Source: Eutreptiella sp. 'Long Island Sound 2002'
Taxonomy: Eukaryota > Protista > Euglenida
Direction of reading: 5' to 3'
Assembly (NCBI GenBank): GCA_964036045.1
Contig: OZ038379.1
Location: 52,452,001 to 52,516,000, forward strand
DNA: 64,000 bases
Both the position numbers and the translations under genes were made by a program. Shown here one piece after another: positions 24,801 through 36,497 of the stretch. Positions within the stretch are counted from its first letter, which is position 1; every line of letters begins with the position of its first letter. Under the pieces are notes generated by a model. It was not told where the DNA came from, did not search any database, and worked only from the letters and a program-made list of their open reading frames with translations.

Positions 24801-27632
24801 GGCCCTACTAGGAATCATCGCGTGGGCACCTGATGATGCACAGAGGGGTGTAGACCCTCCTAGGAATCATCGCGTGGATGAATCCCAAGTGGGTGTAGAC
24901 CCTCCTAAGAATCATCGCCTGGGCACGCGATGTTTCCTAAAGGGATGTAGACCCTCCTAGGAATCATCACGTGGGCACGCCATATTTCCTAACGGGGTGT
25001 AGACCCCCCTATGAGTCATCGCGTGGGCACACGATGATTCCGAATGGGGTGTAGACCCTGCAATGAATAATCTCGGGGGCACAGGATGACTCATAGAGGG
25101 CTGTAGATTCCACTAGAAATCTTCCCGTGAGCACAGAGGGGTGTAGACCCTCCTGGGAATCATCACGTGGGCACGCGATGATTCTTTGAGGGGTGTAGAC
25201 CCTCCTACAAATCATCGCGTGGGCACGCGATGATTCACGGAGGGGTGTAGACCCTCCTACAAATCATCGAGTGGGCACTCCATGATTCCCAAGGGGGTAG
25301 ACCCGCCAATGAATCATCGCGGGGGCAGTGGAGGATTCATAGAGGGATGTAGACCCTCCTAGGAATCATCGCGTGGACACGCGAGGATTGCCGGAGGGGT
25401 GTAGACCCTCCTGCGAATCATCACGTGGGCACGCGATGATTCCTAAGGGGGTGTAGACCCTCCTATGAATCATCGCGGGGGCACGGGATGATTCATAGAG
25501 GGCTGTAGATCCCCCTAGGAATCTTCCCGTGGGGCACGCGATGATTCATAGAGGGGTGTAGACCCTCCTAGCAATCATCGCCTGGGCAGGCGATGATTCA
25601 GAGAGGGGTGTAGACCCTCCTAGGAATCATCACGTGGGCACCGCATGATTCATAGAGGGATGTAGACCCTTCTAGGGATCATCGCGTGGGCACGCCATGT
25701 TTCCTAAGGGGGTGTAGACCCTCCTAGGAATCATCACATGGGCACGCCATGTTTCCTAAGGGGGTGTAGACCCCCCTATGAGTCATCGCGCGGGCACGCG
25801 ATGAGTCCTAAGGGGGTGTAGACCCTCTAATGAATCATCGCGGGGGCACGGGATGATTGATAGAGGGCTGTAGATCCACCTAGGAATCTTCCCGTCGGCA
25901 CGCGATGATTCATAGAGGGGTGTAGACTCTCCTAGGAATCATCGATTGGGCAGACCATAGTTCCTGAGGGGATGTAGACCCTCCTATGAATCATCGCGTG
26001 GGCACGCGATGATTCACAGAGGGGTGTGTAGACCCTCCTAGGCATCATCGTGTGGGCACAAGATGATTCTTAGATGGGGGTAGGCCCTACTAGGAATCAT
26101 TGCGTGGGTACGCGATGATTCCCAAGGGGGTGTAGACCCTCAAATGAATCATCGCGGGGGGCACAAGACGATTCATAGAGGGATGTAGACCCTCCTAGCA
26201 ATCATCACGTGGGCACGCCATGTTTCCTGAGGGGGTGTAGAGCCCCCGATGAGTCATGGCGTGGGCACGCGATGATTCCTAAGGGGGTTTAGACCCTCCA
26301 ATGAATCATCGCGAGGGACGGGATGATTCATAGAGGGCTGTAGATCCCCCTAGGAATCTTCCCGTGGAGCACCCGATGATTCCTAGAGGGGTGTAGACCT
26401 CTCCTAGGACTCATTGCCTGGGCATGCGATGATTCAAAGAGGGGAGTAGACCGTCCTAGGAATCATCACGTGGGCACGCCATAGTTCCTAAGGGGGTGTA
26501 GACTCTCCCATGAATCATCGCGTGGGCACGCGATGATTCCTAAGGGGGTTTGGACACTCCTAGGAATCATCGTGTGGGCACGCGTGGATTCATAGAGGGG
26601 TGTAGACCCTCCTTGGACTTATCGCGGGGGCACCCGATGATTCACAAAGGGGTGTAGACCCTCCTAGGAATCATCGTGTGGGCATGCGGTGATTCCAAAG
26701 GGGGTGTATACCCTCCAATGAATCGTCGCGGGGGCACGCGAGGATTCGTATAGGGATGTAGACCCTCCTAGGAATCATCATGTGGGCACACCATGTTTCG
26801 TAAGGGGGGGTAGAACCTCCTAGGAATCATCGCGTGGGCACGCGATGATTCCGAAGGGGGTGTAGACACTCGTATCAATCATCGCGCGGGGGTTCACATG
26901 GGGGTGTGGACTGTCCTAAGAATCATCACGTGGGCACGCCATAGTTCCTAAGGGGCTGTAGACTCTCGTATGAATCATCGCGTGGGCACGCGATGATTCC
27001 TAAGGGGGTGTAGACCCTCCTAGGAATAATGGCGTGGGCACGTGATGATTCATAGAGGGGGTGTAGACCCTGCTATGGATCATCCCGTGGGCACGCGATG
27101 ATTCATAGAGGGGGTGTAGACCGTCCTATGAATCATCCCCTGGGCACGGGACGATTGCGAAGGGGGTGTCCACCCTCCTATCAATCATCGCATGGGCACG
27201 GAATGATGCATAGAGGGGTGTAGACCTCTCTAGGAATCATCGCGTGGGCACGCGATGATTCCTAAGGGGGTGTAAACCCCCCTCTGAATCGTCGCGTAGG
27301 CACGCGACGATTCATGAGGGGATGTAGACCGTCCTAGGAATCATGGCGTGGGCTAGCGGTGACTCCGAAGGGGGTGCAGACCCGCCCATGAATCATGGCG
27401 TGGGCACGCCATGATGCCTAAGGGGGTGTAGACCCTCCTAGCAATAATCGCCTGGGCACGCGATGACTCCTAAGGGGGTGTAGACCGCCCTATGAATCAT
27501 CGCGTGGGCACGCGATGATTCCTAAGGGGGTGTAGACCCTCCTAGAATCATTTCGTGCGTCATATAGTAGTCTGGGGGGGGCACGCGATGATTCCCAGGG
27601 CAGTGCAGACCAATCACGTGGGTCCTATACTA
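15831..27632. repeat. 11.8 kb tandem array of a 52-bp palindromic monomer (~225 copies) bounded by MITE-like TAG...CTA ends
   Basis: Consensus GGGCACGCGATGATTCCTAAGGGGGTGTAGACCCTCCTAGGAATCATCGCGT. Flanks TTCTACAC (15823-15830) and GTCTACAC (27633-27640) match 7/8. Confidence 0.95.
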
Positions 27633-28560
27633 GTCTACACCCCATGTGGACCAACCACGGGCTGCCACGGCTTCTTGAACTAACAAACAAAGAATGTGAT
27701 GCAAATCAGAATGATGAAGAATGGAAGGGCTGCACAAGGGCGTCTCTGACCCTTCCTCGTCCAGCTTTTCCCCAGGTGCGGTCTCAAAGGCTGCTGCATA
27801 TGTGTATCCCATCCCACATGAAAGAGCTCTCAAGGCACAGAGGCAAAGATGGAAGAGGTCACAGGTCGACAGTCACACGTTTGTACCCTTTCCAAATGGT
27901 GTTGTGCGTGGTAGTGCTGCGAGGTCATGGGGTATATAGGTCAAGGGTCCAAGGTCTTAGGTCACAAGCCATAGGTCAATGCATGATCGTGTAAAGACAG
28001 GGTTAGGCAACATGCACGCCTGGCGCCATGCCTAGGATTGCATGCAAAGCATGCCGCCTCCAAGGGTGAGCTTAGTGGCGCTCCAGAACGTAATCCTTCA
28101 CAGGACGGGGCAGCTTGCGCCACCCACAGTGGGCATCAACCCGCACATGTAGGGGCATCCATGCACACTCCCCAAGGGTCCCAAGGCACTGGTCAACCCC
28201 GTGCAGGAGGGATGCCACATACACCCCAAGAGGGGTGCAAAAGTCCCCCTTCAGGAACCCCAGGGAATCTAGATAGCTGCACGCGTCCTGCCACAGAGGC
28301 AGGTCGATGGTGCGGTACGACCCTACCGTGTCCTTATCAATGTACTTCTACTTTGCTTGTAGGGGCTTGGCCACTAGGTGGTGCACCAGTCTGACCTCCC
28401 ATTGTTGCAGACATGTTGTGTGGGCCACGCTTTCCATCCCGCACCAGCCCCCAACAACTTGTCCATCAAGCCCCATAATGGAGCAGGGCCCGGTCAGTGA
28501 AGTCAGGGAGGGTGACCCCCAAAGGGATGGGTGTAACAATGTTCCCCAGCGGATCTCTGA

Positions 28561-30629
28561 CTAGCACCGCCACTTCCGATTTCCGAGTGTTGGCCATGAT
28601 GCGCTCAAAGGCAAGCAACTGGTCAGCATAGCCGGGTGCATACCCCCAGGGGTCATATGCCCTCTTGCTCTTCTTCCAAGGCTTCCATAGCCAGTGCCCC
28701 ACCACACACACCCCAACCAGTAGATTGTGCCCTCTTTAACCCTATCAATGACTCCAGACTCCCTCAATACCCTTGCCACCTCAAAGGTGGTGCCCACAGT
28801 GGCTGAGCCTGTTTCCCACTGGACAACGCTCAGTGCAGCTATCCGTGCACCAGGGGTGGGGTGCTGAGCCCACGCCGCGAATCTCCCGAAAAGGTGGAGC
28901 TCAAACTGTGCCCTGCTGGTTAGTGTGTTTGCCCTCCCGATGTCGTTCATGATCCCTGGAGTGGGAGACACCAGGGAGGCCAAGATTGCTCGGGCTTGCA
29001 GCCCTTGGAAGCGATCCAGGGTAGCAATCGCCAAGACGATAGGGGTCGAGGTATTCGACATCTTCCTACAGACATACCGCACACACGATTTGAGGCACAC
29101 CATTTGGGCATACTGTGTAGTCACTATCACCACCGACCTATCTGGGTAAGTACCTTTCCTGACAACCACCTCGAAGAAATGGCACACCAGCAGTCCCTCC
29201 TCCATGCTCATGTTCCCACGTCCAACCAACACATTATCCATCCCCATGCTGTGCCATGCCTCCGCCACATAACTGTGCATTCTCCGTACGTCCGCGTTCC
29301 CCAAAGTTTCCCCCGTTTGGTGCCACCACTTGTCCCCATCTAGGTCCACAATGCGGATGGGGTTGTGCAAGACTGGGTCATGGAGGGGGTGGAGAGATGA
29401 GTGGTAATAACCAAGTCCCCACCCCCTGTGAACAAGGCACACATGATTGTAGCCAGTGGCATGTTCATCTAGTACTGTTGTACGAAGACGCTGGCACGGC
29501 ACCGCATGCGGTACAAAAAGAATTGCAAGGTGCAAGTGGTGCAGAACCGTTATGAATCATGGCAGTGCACATGGGGCCGGGTGATTGCATATCCACATTG
29601 TTGTATGTGAACGTCTGCTCCGTTGGGCACGGAACATCCTTGGCCTTTGGATTACCTCTACAAGCGGAAGCCAAAAGGTGGACGGGGTTGTAGGGCCGCA
29701 AGTGACCAGGCAGACATTGGCTGCCCATGGCTGGCAAGTCCCATCCCACTAGGATGTTATGCCCGGACGCCTCGTCCAAAAAGCTCAAGGCAAACCTAGT
29801 TTGTGGCCTCCCTGGTGCAGCCCCAAGAAGCAGCCTGTGCCGGTTAGCAACCATCCTAGCCGTGGCAAACACCACACGGCGGCTGATAAGCGCACATGTC
29901 ATGGTAGGCTTCCAACCTGGGGTGTTCCCCACAGTTTCCTGCCCCTTGTTCTGGTCAAGCGACTGCAGCGCAGGTATGGCTGCAGCCTGTTGGGCACGTA
30001 GTCGCAACCGGGATGCAGGATGGTCGCCAAGCACCATCTCGCGCACCACAGGTTGAGCATAACACTCGTCATGCACCTGTGACAGCAAGTTGTCCACGTG
30101 TGCATTGGTGGGTGTAGTCACCAGCACACATGACAGTGGGGAGGGCGGGGTTATCTGCCTCAAGACCACCCACGCTCCTGCCCTAATTGATGGTGCTAAG
30201 GTCAGCAGGATCTGGGTTTTGGGTAACAATGTACCCCAGCTGCCATAGCACGGCTTTGGTGCATGCCACCGGGGTCTCTAACTTCCCTATCCCAGCACCT
30301 TCAGTCAGTGCTGTGATGCATGACTTGTCCAGTATCTGACACACAGCAAACACCTGTGAGGGGTTCAAGCAGTGGCGTTTGACAAGGTGTTGAAAGATCT
30401 CTTGGTCTTGGTTTGACAAAGGAGGCGGGTCCCTTGGTTGGGCCCGAATGTTTGCCACCTTTTTGGACCATGCTAACCCTTGCCGGATCTCGTTGCGCAA
30501 GTTCCGAAAGTCAACCGTGTCAGGGATAACCTGGCACCAGTACTTGGCATTCAGATAGGCTCTTGGCTTATTTGCACTACTCATCCACACGTAGTCCCCA
30601 GAGATGCGATCACCATGCACCCTTGGCAA
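28561..30629 (-). pseudogene. Upf1/DNA2-like superfamily-1 helicase, frameshifted
   Basis: LNPSQVFAV (Q), EGAGIGK (degenerate Walker A), TTPTNAHVDNLL (Ia), FLDEAS (II), TLDRFQGLQA (V), RANTLTSRA (VI), all in correct order. Confidence 0.88.
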
Positions 30630-30849
30630 AGTCTGGTCTCAAGGTGTCCCAAGGTCGGTCAGCGACCTAGCCGTGCACCATGTCACCATCACCGAACTCA
30701 TAGTTGCCCCATACCTCCATTTCGGCGGCCCAGTGCGGCTGTTGGAGAACATTCGCATTCCCATCACCGTCATCATCAGGCAACCATTTCTCAAAGGCCA
30801 GGTGCCTGCACGCGCCGTTCTTTTGTGGCCACACCTCAGCGGCCTCCAT

Positions 30850-31668
30850 CTAATGGACAGTGTACACCTCAGATGTCTTGGCCGCGAACTCGTCGCGGTC
30901 AAGCCATCGTTTTGTAAACGCTGCCACGAGGTTGTCATCCGGCCCATATTCTAGGATGTTCAATGTGGCAGCAGGGTGCAAGGATGTTGGGTGCTGTGGG
31001 AGTTGGAAAGATGGCTGCGGCTGAGGAGCACGCGTTGGTTGTGATGAGGGTTGCCCACCTTGTGGCGCACCAGTCGGCCGGCGACAGGGCCGGGGCAGGG
31101 GTGGACTGTTGCGGCTCAGAGGCACGCATTGGTTGTGGTTTGGGTTGAGCACCATGTGGCACGCCGAGTAAGCCGGCGCTAGGCCCGGGACAAGGGTGGA
31201 CGGCTGTGGGTCAGGGGCACACAGTGGTTGTAATGAGGGTTGAGCACCCTGTGGCGCGCCCGAGTCAACCGGCGCCAGGGCCGAGATAGGGGCGGGTGGC
31301 TGCGGCTCAGGGGCACGCAGTGGTTGTGGTTGTGCAAAGGGTTGATGTAGATGTTGAGGTGGTGGGACCATGACGAAATCCACACACCCCGGTATTGGCT
31401 TGGGCATTGGCTTTGGCTTTGGATTTGGACCACCATATCTGGGGGGGTTGTCGGACCCATGGCTGGGACCACGTTCCGTCCACGGAGGGTGTAGTGGGCA
31501 AGAAACAACTGTCGAGTATAGAAAAGCATGGAAGAGTGGCATGGGGGCATGGTGGACAGCAATAGATGGTCCCTGTGCACTTCGACCTTTCCCAGCCCTT
31601 GGGGAAAACACACATGTGGGTGCCTCAAGGGTCGGCATCATAGTCAGAGAGGCAACATACGCTTGCAA
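30850..31668 (-). pseudogene. Pro/Gln-rich repetitive ORF upstream of helicase
   Basis: 272 aa with ~30-aa repeats QPQPLRAPEPQPPAPISALAPVDSGAPQGA, same strand as and abutting the helicase fragments. Confidence 0.45.
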
Positions 31669-33419
31669 AACACATCAACCAGTGCACAGCCCCTTCTCAT
31701 ATTTTATGTTGCAGCTCCAAAAAGCAAGGCCCCTGTGAGGCTTTTTGAAGAAGAGGGGCTCAGTGGAGGGTGTGGACTTTCGCATGATTCACCACATAGA
31801 TAGAGGCAACGTATAGACAGGCAGATGCTGTGTTGGACATGGAAGTCTTGATTGTGTCCAACCAGGAAAATGTGCCTTTTGAAGGGGCTTTTGGTACAAA
31901 AAAGGGCCTAAGAAAAACGTTCGTGCAGGCGTTTGTGCCTATGCACAAGCCCAACACCAGCAACCGATCCCCGCACGGTGCCTGCGCACATCCAATAAGA
32001 ATCATTGAAGGGGATGCAATTGGTGTAGTGAACGTGAACCAATTCACCTACAGACACAGTGTCACAGCTGAGACTGCAGGCAGTTATGCTTCCTCAAGAG
32101 ACAGCACCATGACCCGTGCAAATTGTATCAATGGAATTCAGATTCAGAAATTAAAAGGTTATGGGACCCATAGGAATGTCAAAGAAATGACACATATGTT
32201 CACATACATATTTTGTGGACAGACCACACGACACATTACATCCCAAAAATGGGGGCAGGCTTTTCCATACGCTTATGCATGGGCACGTGGAGGGCGGTGT
32301 TTTCCTCAGTTTATGGCTTTTTTCGAGTGATTTTCAATACTTCATGGAGAAATAGCGCAAAGGAAAGCAAAGCATGGAAACATGGAAAGCGCAGCAAACG
32401 AAGCATGCAAAGCACAAGGGGTGTGGTTTCCCTGCTTTATGGTCCTTGGCGAAGCCTTTTCCATACTTCGTGCAAATAAACAACAAAGCATGAGTGGTGG
32501 AAACGCTTCTCAGATACAATGCTGTCAGCTACAAAGGTGAGATGGAGCAAGTTGCAATCATCCTTGAAGGCTCACTAAGAGGGTTGGCAAGTGTCATTGG
32601 GTCGGGAATGAAACATCACAAAATGGCAAATTCAAATTCAAATTCATACAACCACCACTACAAGACCCCTTCTCAGATGTATGTTGGTTGCACATGACAT
32701 TGACTAACAAGGGTTTTTTCCATTTTCAAAAGCTCCGTCCACGCAAAACATGTCCTAAGAAAAAGGTCCCTGCAAGGGTCCGCACAGTGACCCACACATA
32801 ACGGAGCCTTGTGTCTTGTTGGACAATCCATAGCCGGTGAAGCTTGGTGTGGGCCACGGAGAGGCCTAGACAAAATATGTCAAGTGTCATGCATCGTCAT
32901 TGAAGCAGCTCGCAATCATGGCGTCACAGCCAACACTGCAAGGTGATTGGGCTGCCTCAAGGAACGGCATAATGACCATTCAAAAGTAAGTCACTGAAAT
33001 TCAGATGCATGAAAAAGGTCATGACCACCAGATTAGCAACGCTAACAATAATAGACATAAATATAGACATGGCATAAATATGTGCCAAGTTCATTGCCGA
33101 CATGGAGAAAAGGGGGGGGGTTCACATTTTCCATGTCAATTGTTTTCCAGGGGGCGGGGTTGCATGTTTTCCATGGCAGTTTTTTTCTTTGGGGAGGGGG
33201 GTTGTTCAAAGCACCCATGAGTGAAGGGATGGATACAAGTAGAAGGGCCAAGGGGTGGATGGGTCACAGGGGGGGGGCTAACCTATGGGGGGGGGGCTTT
33301 TTCTAGTGAAGATGTTTGGTGTGGGTCATAGACAGGGCAAGGGGGGGGGGGGTCTGATGGAGTGCCTAAACAAGGGTATTGGGGAAGGGGGGTTCATGGT
33401 TGGGTAACGGCGGTCCATA

Positions 33420-33472
33420 AAAGTCTGATGTCTGATGTCTCATAGCCGGCTAAGTGGCTATACACAATCCTG
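33420..33472. repeat. Right subterminal repeats plus TIR of giant hAT
   Basis: AAAGTCTGATGTCTGATGTCT, then TATACACAATCCTG. Confidence 0.9.
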
Positions 33473-34500
33473 GTGTGGTTGTCCACAACCACTTGCACCC
33501 CTAGTCTCCCTCGAAGGAGGCTTAGCCCCCCGTTGTTGCGCAACATACGCTTGAGCCTCCGGTGACTCCCCTCCATGGCAAAGCAGGAGATCTTTGACAA
33601 GATTCTCCACTTCTTTGCAAAAAAAAGTACAGGTGGTCGGTCCAAAGATGCGTCCACAGAAGTTTGCCCCACTGGAGCTCATTGTGGGTAGTGCCCATGG
33701 CTGTGCTATGTCTCCGGAGCCGCCCCAAGTCGGCTCCCGAGAACGGGCACGGACCCGAGAAAAATTGGAGTCAGAGGGCCGAGGACGGCTTTTGCCTAGT
33801 GCGGACAACAAAGATCGACCGCAATTGCTGGGCAGCTGGGCCGGCAGTGCGGTTGTCGGCTGCGGTGATTGTAGCCGCAATCTACGACGGCCATCTTGAC
33901 CGGCAAAAGAAGCGGTCTCGCTATTTGTCCATTGACCGCGCCCGGACCTGCCACTACACGGCTGACATGGACATTAGCCGCCTCGCCCTAGCCCCCCATA
34001 TTGACACCACCCCTCTCTCCACCACCATCTATCCGGACACCAGCACGCCCTCTTTATCCACCGATTGGAAGTCCTCCTCCCACGCCACAGCTTTCCTTGA
34101 CTCCAATCTCGGTGACCTTGAAAGCCCTGCAAGAGGCATGGATGTCCACCGCCGTGCCACCACCATCTTCCCCACGATCCCCCAAGTCTGTACCCAAAGA
34201 CCGCCCCGACCCCGGGCCCTACAGCGCCAAGACACTGCAAATGTTCCGGGACAACCACGGCGGGGGGGGTCCATATTTTGTAGATGGGGTGTTGCTACCG
34301 AGCCATGCATGTGCACCTGCGGCCAGCATGTGGGCCCTGGCCAGACTGAGAACTGGGCCTAGTGTAATGCATGTGACTGCTGGATCCATGATGGTTGCTT
34401 TGGGCTCGATTGGGGGCGTGATGGCCCCTACATGCAGCAGAGCAACAGCCGGTGGCAATTTTCTATGTGTGCGCCCAGGTCCGATGACGACTCGGATGCT
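33473..34500 (-). pseudogene. 5' part of RAG1/Transib-like DDE transposase (family 2)
   Basis: WTHLWTDHLYFF/AKKWRILSKISCFAMEGSHRRLK across an A-run frameshift: HxxxxH followed by E exactly 20 residues later, as in RAG1 H937/H942/E962. The upstream limit is approximate. Confidence 0.7.
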
Positions 34501-36497
34501 CACTCCCAGCCCGATATGGCTGGGAGTGACAACAAGTAGCAGGTCGTAGATTGGGGACGGGGGTGGGGGTTACAAGGCGGTGGAGAAGGGGAGCAGGGGA
34601 CGAAAAGAGGGAGGTTGGGGGCAAACAGGGCACCATGAACACCGTTGTGGCGACAAAAAGGTCCAGTGAGAGCATGAGCAATGCCCCAATGCGCCGAAGG
34701 TATATACTCTCCCATTCAATGTAGCACACCCCACTTGTGGTAGCATGCAGATTGCAAGTACATCTACGTGCGCGCCTCATAGTTTGAGGGAGAGCTGTCG
34801 GTTTCAAGGACACTTGGTATAATTGAGTAGGGTGGATCGTCCTCTACAAGATGACCAACTTGGTTTTGCGTAGTGAGCCAATGAACCCTCTCTCGAAGCG
34901 GGACGGTGACCGGTACTAATCACAAATCAGCAAAAAGCGCATTTGGGCACAGAACCCTTTACCAAAACCCGCTTCCTCCCTGGGGTAAATCGTGTCAAAA
35001 CAAATCAACGAAGGAATTCCCAGCTTGTAGCCTGGGCCAAGCCCTACGTGTCCATGTGTTTCGATGTTGCCATCTCATCGGTGACATCCCTCACTAAGCT
35101 TGACTGTGACCCGCACAGTTCTGGACACGTCATTTGGCAGTAGTTGGCTTAACGGCAAATCACCCTAAGGTGCCGAGTATGGTGCTAACGGAATATTTAA
35201 TCCAACGCATAAATCAGACTTGATAAATGTGATTCAACGGGCGTGCGATGACAATCTGCCCATATGTGTTCGGAAAGGTGGTGAGGGCAAAACCTTGCAT
35301 GCGGTATAAGCCCACACATTTGACATGGGAGATTTGGACTTCCTGTTGTCAATGGTGCCTGCCGGGTTGACTGCAGTCCGCACCACACGCGCTCTTAGGC
35401 ATCCACTGAAAATAGTGTTGGTTTCAACAATTGTTCTAGTAGGTGTAGCTGCCTGGTCAGGCACACATGTACCTATTGGAAATGTAGCCCACCTTGCCCA
35501 ATTGGACACTGATATAGAGAATTCCCGTGATGTAGCACGCGCTACGTGGGGTGCTAGAGGAGTTGGGGAGGGGTAGGGGGGCTGTGCAGGGAGATGGTGC
35601 TGCTAGGCTGGGCTACAATTGTAGTTTCTGCAACTACGCTTGTTGTGAACATTGTGAGTAATAGTGAAGAGCATAGGGTACCTGTCCACAGTGGCAGTGA
35701 TGTAGCATTAGACTTTCTTGAGGAGGGTGCACACCTTGGTGTACCCACACAGGAGAGGGATTAGGTGCTGCATTAGGCTAGCCTGTAAGATTCTGATGTG
35801 CTTTGCTGCGCCATTGTTTGCAATGCCTTAGTGACTGTGCAGTCTGCCAATTGAATTTTCAGTCAGAACTTATGTACCTTGAAAAGATTGCACCGTTGTT
35901 TGCGTGGATTCATCATGTATTGTGAAATGAATGCATCTCACACACTGTTAAATCGGATACAAATAGAAACGTAATACGAAGACCTTGTTCCTAGAATAGC
36001 AGAAGGAGCGTCAAAAATACCCATTTCAATGCCCGCTCAACCCAAAATATGCCGAAAAACGTCACATGGCAAGCTACAGACTTTCTTCCTTTTGATTGCT
36101 TCTTAATCCTGCCTGTTATGTGGTGCAACCGGGAAGCTGGTACCGGGCGCCCCCCCCCCCCCCCCCAAAACGGACCTCCCGGGGACCCCCCCCAATGGAG
36201 GTATAGCGGGCCCAAAACAACTTGAGGGGTTCGGGTGATGAAAACTAAGTGGGGGGGGGGGGGGCGTCCCTGGGTTTAGGGTAAAACAACATAGGGCCGG
36301 GTTTTCAAAAACCCGAGAACCCCTTCTCGGACACCTTCTCGGGACTTCTCGCCTTACCTTCCTGATCAGAAAGGGGTTCTCAAAATGACTTCTCGGGGGG
36401 ATTCATGATCACAAAGGGGTTCCCAAAATGACTTCTCGGGGGGTGTCTGATTTGGTTTGCGTGTCCATCGCTTGTCCACTTTCGTCTCCTTTGCACC

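Larger units (their letters stand above)
740..33472 (-). mobile_element. Giant cargo-bearing hAT-superfamily DNA transposon (32,733 bp with nested insertions; ~14.3 kb native)
   Basis: TIRs CGGGATTGTGTATA (740-753) and TATACACAATCCTG (33459-33472), 13/14 match. Identical 8-bp flanks GTGTGGTT at 732-739 and 33473-33480. Internal hAT transposase motifs. The interrupted host ORF is restored on excision. Confidence 0.92.

Noticed and set aside
18441-25215. Short ORFs in the satellite (MTHRGVYNPL..., MMIPRRVYTP...)
   Set aside because: Chance translations of the 52-bp monomer.
15831-27632. CRISPR array
   Set aside because: Palindromic repeats are contiguous with no unique spacers, there are no cas genes, and the context is eukaryotic.
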